DNA of 63,065 bases, the filler included, from Polymyxa betae A26-41 (lineage: Eukaryota > Protista > Endomyxa: Phytomyxea): the NCBI GenBank assembly GCA_003693705.1. It is 8 parts of 8 records of this genome, joined end to end, with 100 filler letters (N's around TTAATTAATTAA, not from the genome) between each part and the next. Parts side by side here need not be neighbours in the genome. Positions count along the whole stretch, not along the records: positions 58,251 to 63,065 come from RBZT01000070.1; 7 more parts are not named here. One strand, written 5' to 3'. A program made the translations under genes and the position numbers. Positions 60,077-63,065 of the stretch are shown here, one piece after another; position 1 is the stretch's first letter, and each line of letters opens with the position of its first letter. The notes below the pieces were generated by a model. The model did not search any database and was not told the origin of the DNA. It saw only the letters and a program-made list of their open reading frames with translations.

Positions 60077-61760
60077 AGTATCTAGACCATTTGATAAAGG
60101 CCTCTTTCACATTACTCTTGATCACAGATATGATATCCAAATCAATATCCAGTCCAATTTCAAGATTATCTGATACGATATTATCAATATTGCTATCTTC
60201 ATGCTGAGAAATCAAAGTATCTAATGCATGTTTAGGGACAATGCCAAGAGTTGTTAGGACATCATTTCCCAATAAAACATCGATGCTTAATTGATCCCAT
60301 ATAAAACAACGATGATTTGATAGAATTAACTGTCCAGCATTAGTATCTTGCTGTCAATATCAATTGCCGTTTAACCTCAGTAAATTCTGAGTTCGGCAAT
60401 TGTAAGTTAAAGGTGCTTCAATGACTTGACCTGTAAATTATCATCAAGTGCTCTCAGTTTATATATAACATTACTTGAAATGATAGTAGCATCAGCTCCG
60501 CTGTCAAGAATTGCGTTACAGACCAATTTTCCATGGGCCAGTACGACTTTAAGAATACTATCGTTTTCAGATAAATCACTGGCTACCTTTGCTATCATAA
60601 TATAAGCTGATTTGGATGAGTTATTCTTATTGTTAAGAAGTTTATACAGAGCGATTAATTGTTTCTGCTCAGCAGCCGAAGGCTTTAAAGGACACGCCTT
60701 TATATGATGCCGGTTTTCTGGCATTTTGAACATGTTACAGTAGGGCGGGCCTTCTTAAAAACATTAGTCTTAAATGAGGAGGACGAAGAAGGAGCAGGCC
60801 GCTTTCCAAAACTCGGCCGGGAGTATTTAAAAACATTCTCATATGTTTCAACATTATGATATAATGCAGCAACGAACCCGAATTTATCGTCTTTCCGATT
60901 TTTGCCATTGAATAAGATCCTTCATATGCCGCTTCAATTCAATTGGTTGAATGACTTCGCAAAGAAGTCGGATATAATTTTTCGGACCATTTTTGGAAGA
61001 AAAAGCATACTGAAAATTGTTTGATTCGATGCATCGAAATCATGGACCAGATGTGAAATCCGATCACGAGGAGGCAAATTCATCCTCCTTTAAGAGTGGA
61101 GACCACAATCTCACGGATATGATGACAGAAGGAACGTCAGCTTTTAAATATTCATCCAACACATGCGCCAACATCTCGTCCGTGATATTGGTGCGATGGA
61201 TCCCTTCAGGAAACTCTCGGAAATGGTGTTTTTTAAAAACTCATGAGGCTGGGATCAATCATATGCCTTATCGCCAATGGAAATGCAAACGCACCAGCAC
61301 CACGTCTCCGAGCATCTTCCAATATATCTCTGTATCGACGCACTTGCTTCTTGAAGTCAATATTGGATTTGCGGTCCATTTTCAATAGAGCAGGTGGATG
61401 TGAAGGTTGAACCATAACAGCGGTATTTATAGCAGGCCTCAAATCGACCCCATTGCGGTCAACCTGCATTGCAGCACCATCACGGGCGTCCCCATTTTCC
61501 CGTGATCGCACTTGTTGATACATAGATGCCAGAATGTTTTCCAGAACCCCTGCAGCAATTTGTGACATAAAAATAATAGCCTTTAGACTAAAGAAATTTC
61601 TTTGTCAGATAGTTACGTAACGAACGCTGTAGGCAGAATAGTAGAATGAATGTAGTGATCCGATAATAAATCACCAGGGCCCAATCTTCAGTCGGGCCGA
61701 GTTCATCTCCGCTCCGATCGCCGATAGTCCGTGACCAAAAACTTTAGCGTGATCTGCTAT
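60077..61760 (-). mobile_element. Ty3/Gypsy-like gag-protease fragment with partial 5' LTR
   Basis: Gag-like ORF 61233-61568, degenerate zinc knuckle (YCN..HHIKACP), ILDSGADATIIS aspartyl protease, DVLLGNDVL..LGI; LTR edge TGTAG at 61628. Confidence 0.7.
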
Positions 61761-61818
61761 CCAACACATTGCGTGAGTGCGCAATAAAAATTGCGGGCGC
61801 AAAATCTCAGTTTTTTAT

Positions 61819-63065
61819 TTAGAACTCTCTGTTCCACCACGACGGGATCGTTCGGTGACTTTTAAACTTGCGGACGGCACGCTCCACATCCTCTACTGAA
61901 AAAAACTCTCCGTTTTTCTCCCGATCTGCATCCATATATCTACAGTTATTCACAGTTAAGCAGACAAAACCATAACGCCAAATTGTTCTAACCTAAACCA
62001 TTTTCGAGCGAATCGGCGAATATGGATAATGGAAACAGAAGATAAAGCAAAGGGTAATATATTGACCAAACCGTTAAAAGAGAAATTGCAATGCAAACGC
62101 GTGTAGTGTTTAACAGCATCCCAAAACATTTCGATGAAATTAATTTGCAATGAAATTTTGGAAAGAAATCAATTGCGAAACCACTATAAGCCGTCACAGT
62201 TTCGGTCAGCCATTCCTTTTGCGCGAGGAAATCAGGCTGGCTCTTGAGAAGGTTCAAAGCGTCTTGCCGCTTCATTCCTTCTCTCCAGAGATTTCTTTCT
62301 TTTAAGATTGTCCGTAAGCCCTTCTGTTCACCCTTCGCATTGCTGTTCGAGTGGACTATCCGCTGACCATTTTCGCTGATAAACAAACCATCTCTCATTA
62401 CAACCTTTATGTTTGCCCCTCCATCCTTTAGATTTAGCCTCAAAGCAACCAGCGCGTCCGGAGCAAAAGAATGATGATTCGCTGAATTATCAAACATAAA
62501 TAAAGCATCACAATCTGGATGAAGGATCTGAAATATTGGCAAAGTTTTCTGTTCTGTCTGTCTCACAAGATCAGCATTCGTCCAGTATCCCTCCGCATTA
62601 CTCCCAGGTTTGATAATACAGGTTGATTCCCATAATTGCTCAGGATATTGCCTTCTCTGTTCATCAGACAAACGAAGTAGTCCATGACACTCGCACAAAA
62701 ATGCAGAAACCATAAGAGACTTACCAGCACCTTTTGGGCGGATTTGTCTGTGATCCTCATCAAACCATCCTGTTTTGCCTCCGTCATTGCTCTGAAAGCA
62801 AGACTCGTCATGGACAACCATGATGAGTGGCTTGGTATTTTCTTGCAATTCCGGCAACTTTCAAATCTCCATGTTTTCCCCTTCGTAAATGGTCATTCTT
62901 TGCAGGTGGATCTCCATTGCTTTTAGGAATTGCTTGCGATACTCAACCACATCTTCACGCTCATGATCGTCGAAATACATTCCTTTCGATGATAGATCTC
63001 CAAGTTTGTAGTTTAAATGGTGAAGCCATCGTGTTGCAGTTCTTTCGCTGATCTCAATGGCAACC
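61819..63065 (-). mobile_element. Tc1/IS630-superfamily (ISRm11-like) transposase with long D-E insertion; partial, one intron, one frameshift
   Basis: VHDESCF, GKSLMVSAF, FMFDNSANH, PKFHC..NFIEMFW; intron 61940-61992 joins ARKWFR to YMDA...AVRKFKSHRTIP. Confidence 0.88.

Noticed and set aside
61628-61944. Apparent TGTAG...CTACA LTR
   Set aside because: The right-hand motif is the splice acceptor of the transposase intron, and 61819-61939 is its last exon.

Overview
This is eukaryotic genomic DNA from a microbial eukaryote: short GT-AG introns, Pol III tRNA genes without encoded CCA, and scattered TTAGGG/TTTTAGGG-like motifs. A plasmodiophorid-like protist is my guess, not established. The window is eight contigs joined by artificial N-TTAATTAATTAA-N linkers of about 100 bp, so adjacency across gaps is unreliable. 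It is a gene-sparse, transposon-dense compartment. Retroelements include Ty3/Gypsy and Ty1/Copia fragments, several LTR families, and LINE and Penelope remnants. DNA transposons include a CACTA-type transposase, a hAT fragment, Tc1/IS630-type transposases, a MULE-like MITE, a 159-bp mini-Helitron and three related two-gene PIF/Harbinger (Pangu-like) elements whose second gene appears to be Myb-like plus SHOCT. Between the elements lie two intact tRNAs, one tRNA pseudogene and several signal-peptide genes that look like candidate effectors or surface proteins (F-box-like paralog pair, RING, vWA, about 120-aa repeat protein, mucin-like). Many reading frames are broken by 1-bp indels, which could be real decay or assembly error. 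No CRISPR array or Fanzor/TnpB was seen. All protein-family calls are by-eye motif recognition, not database searches.
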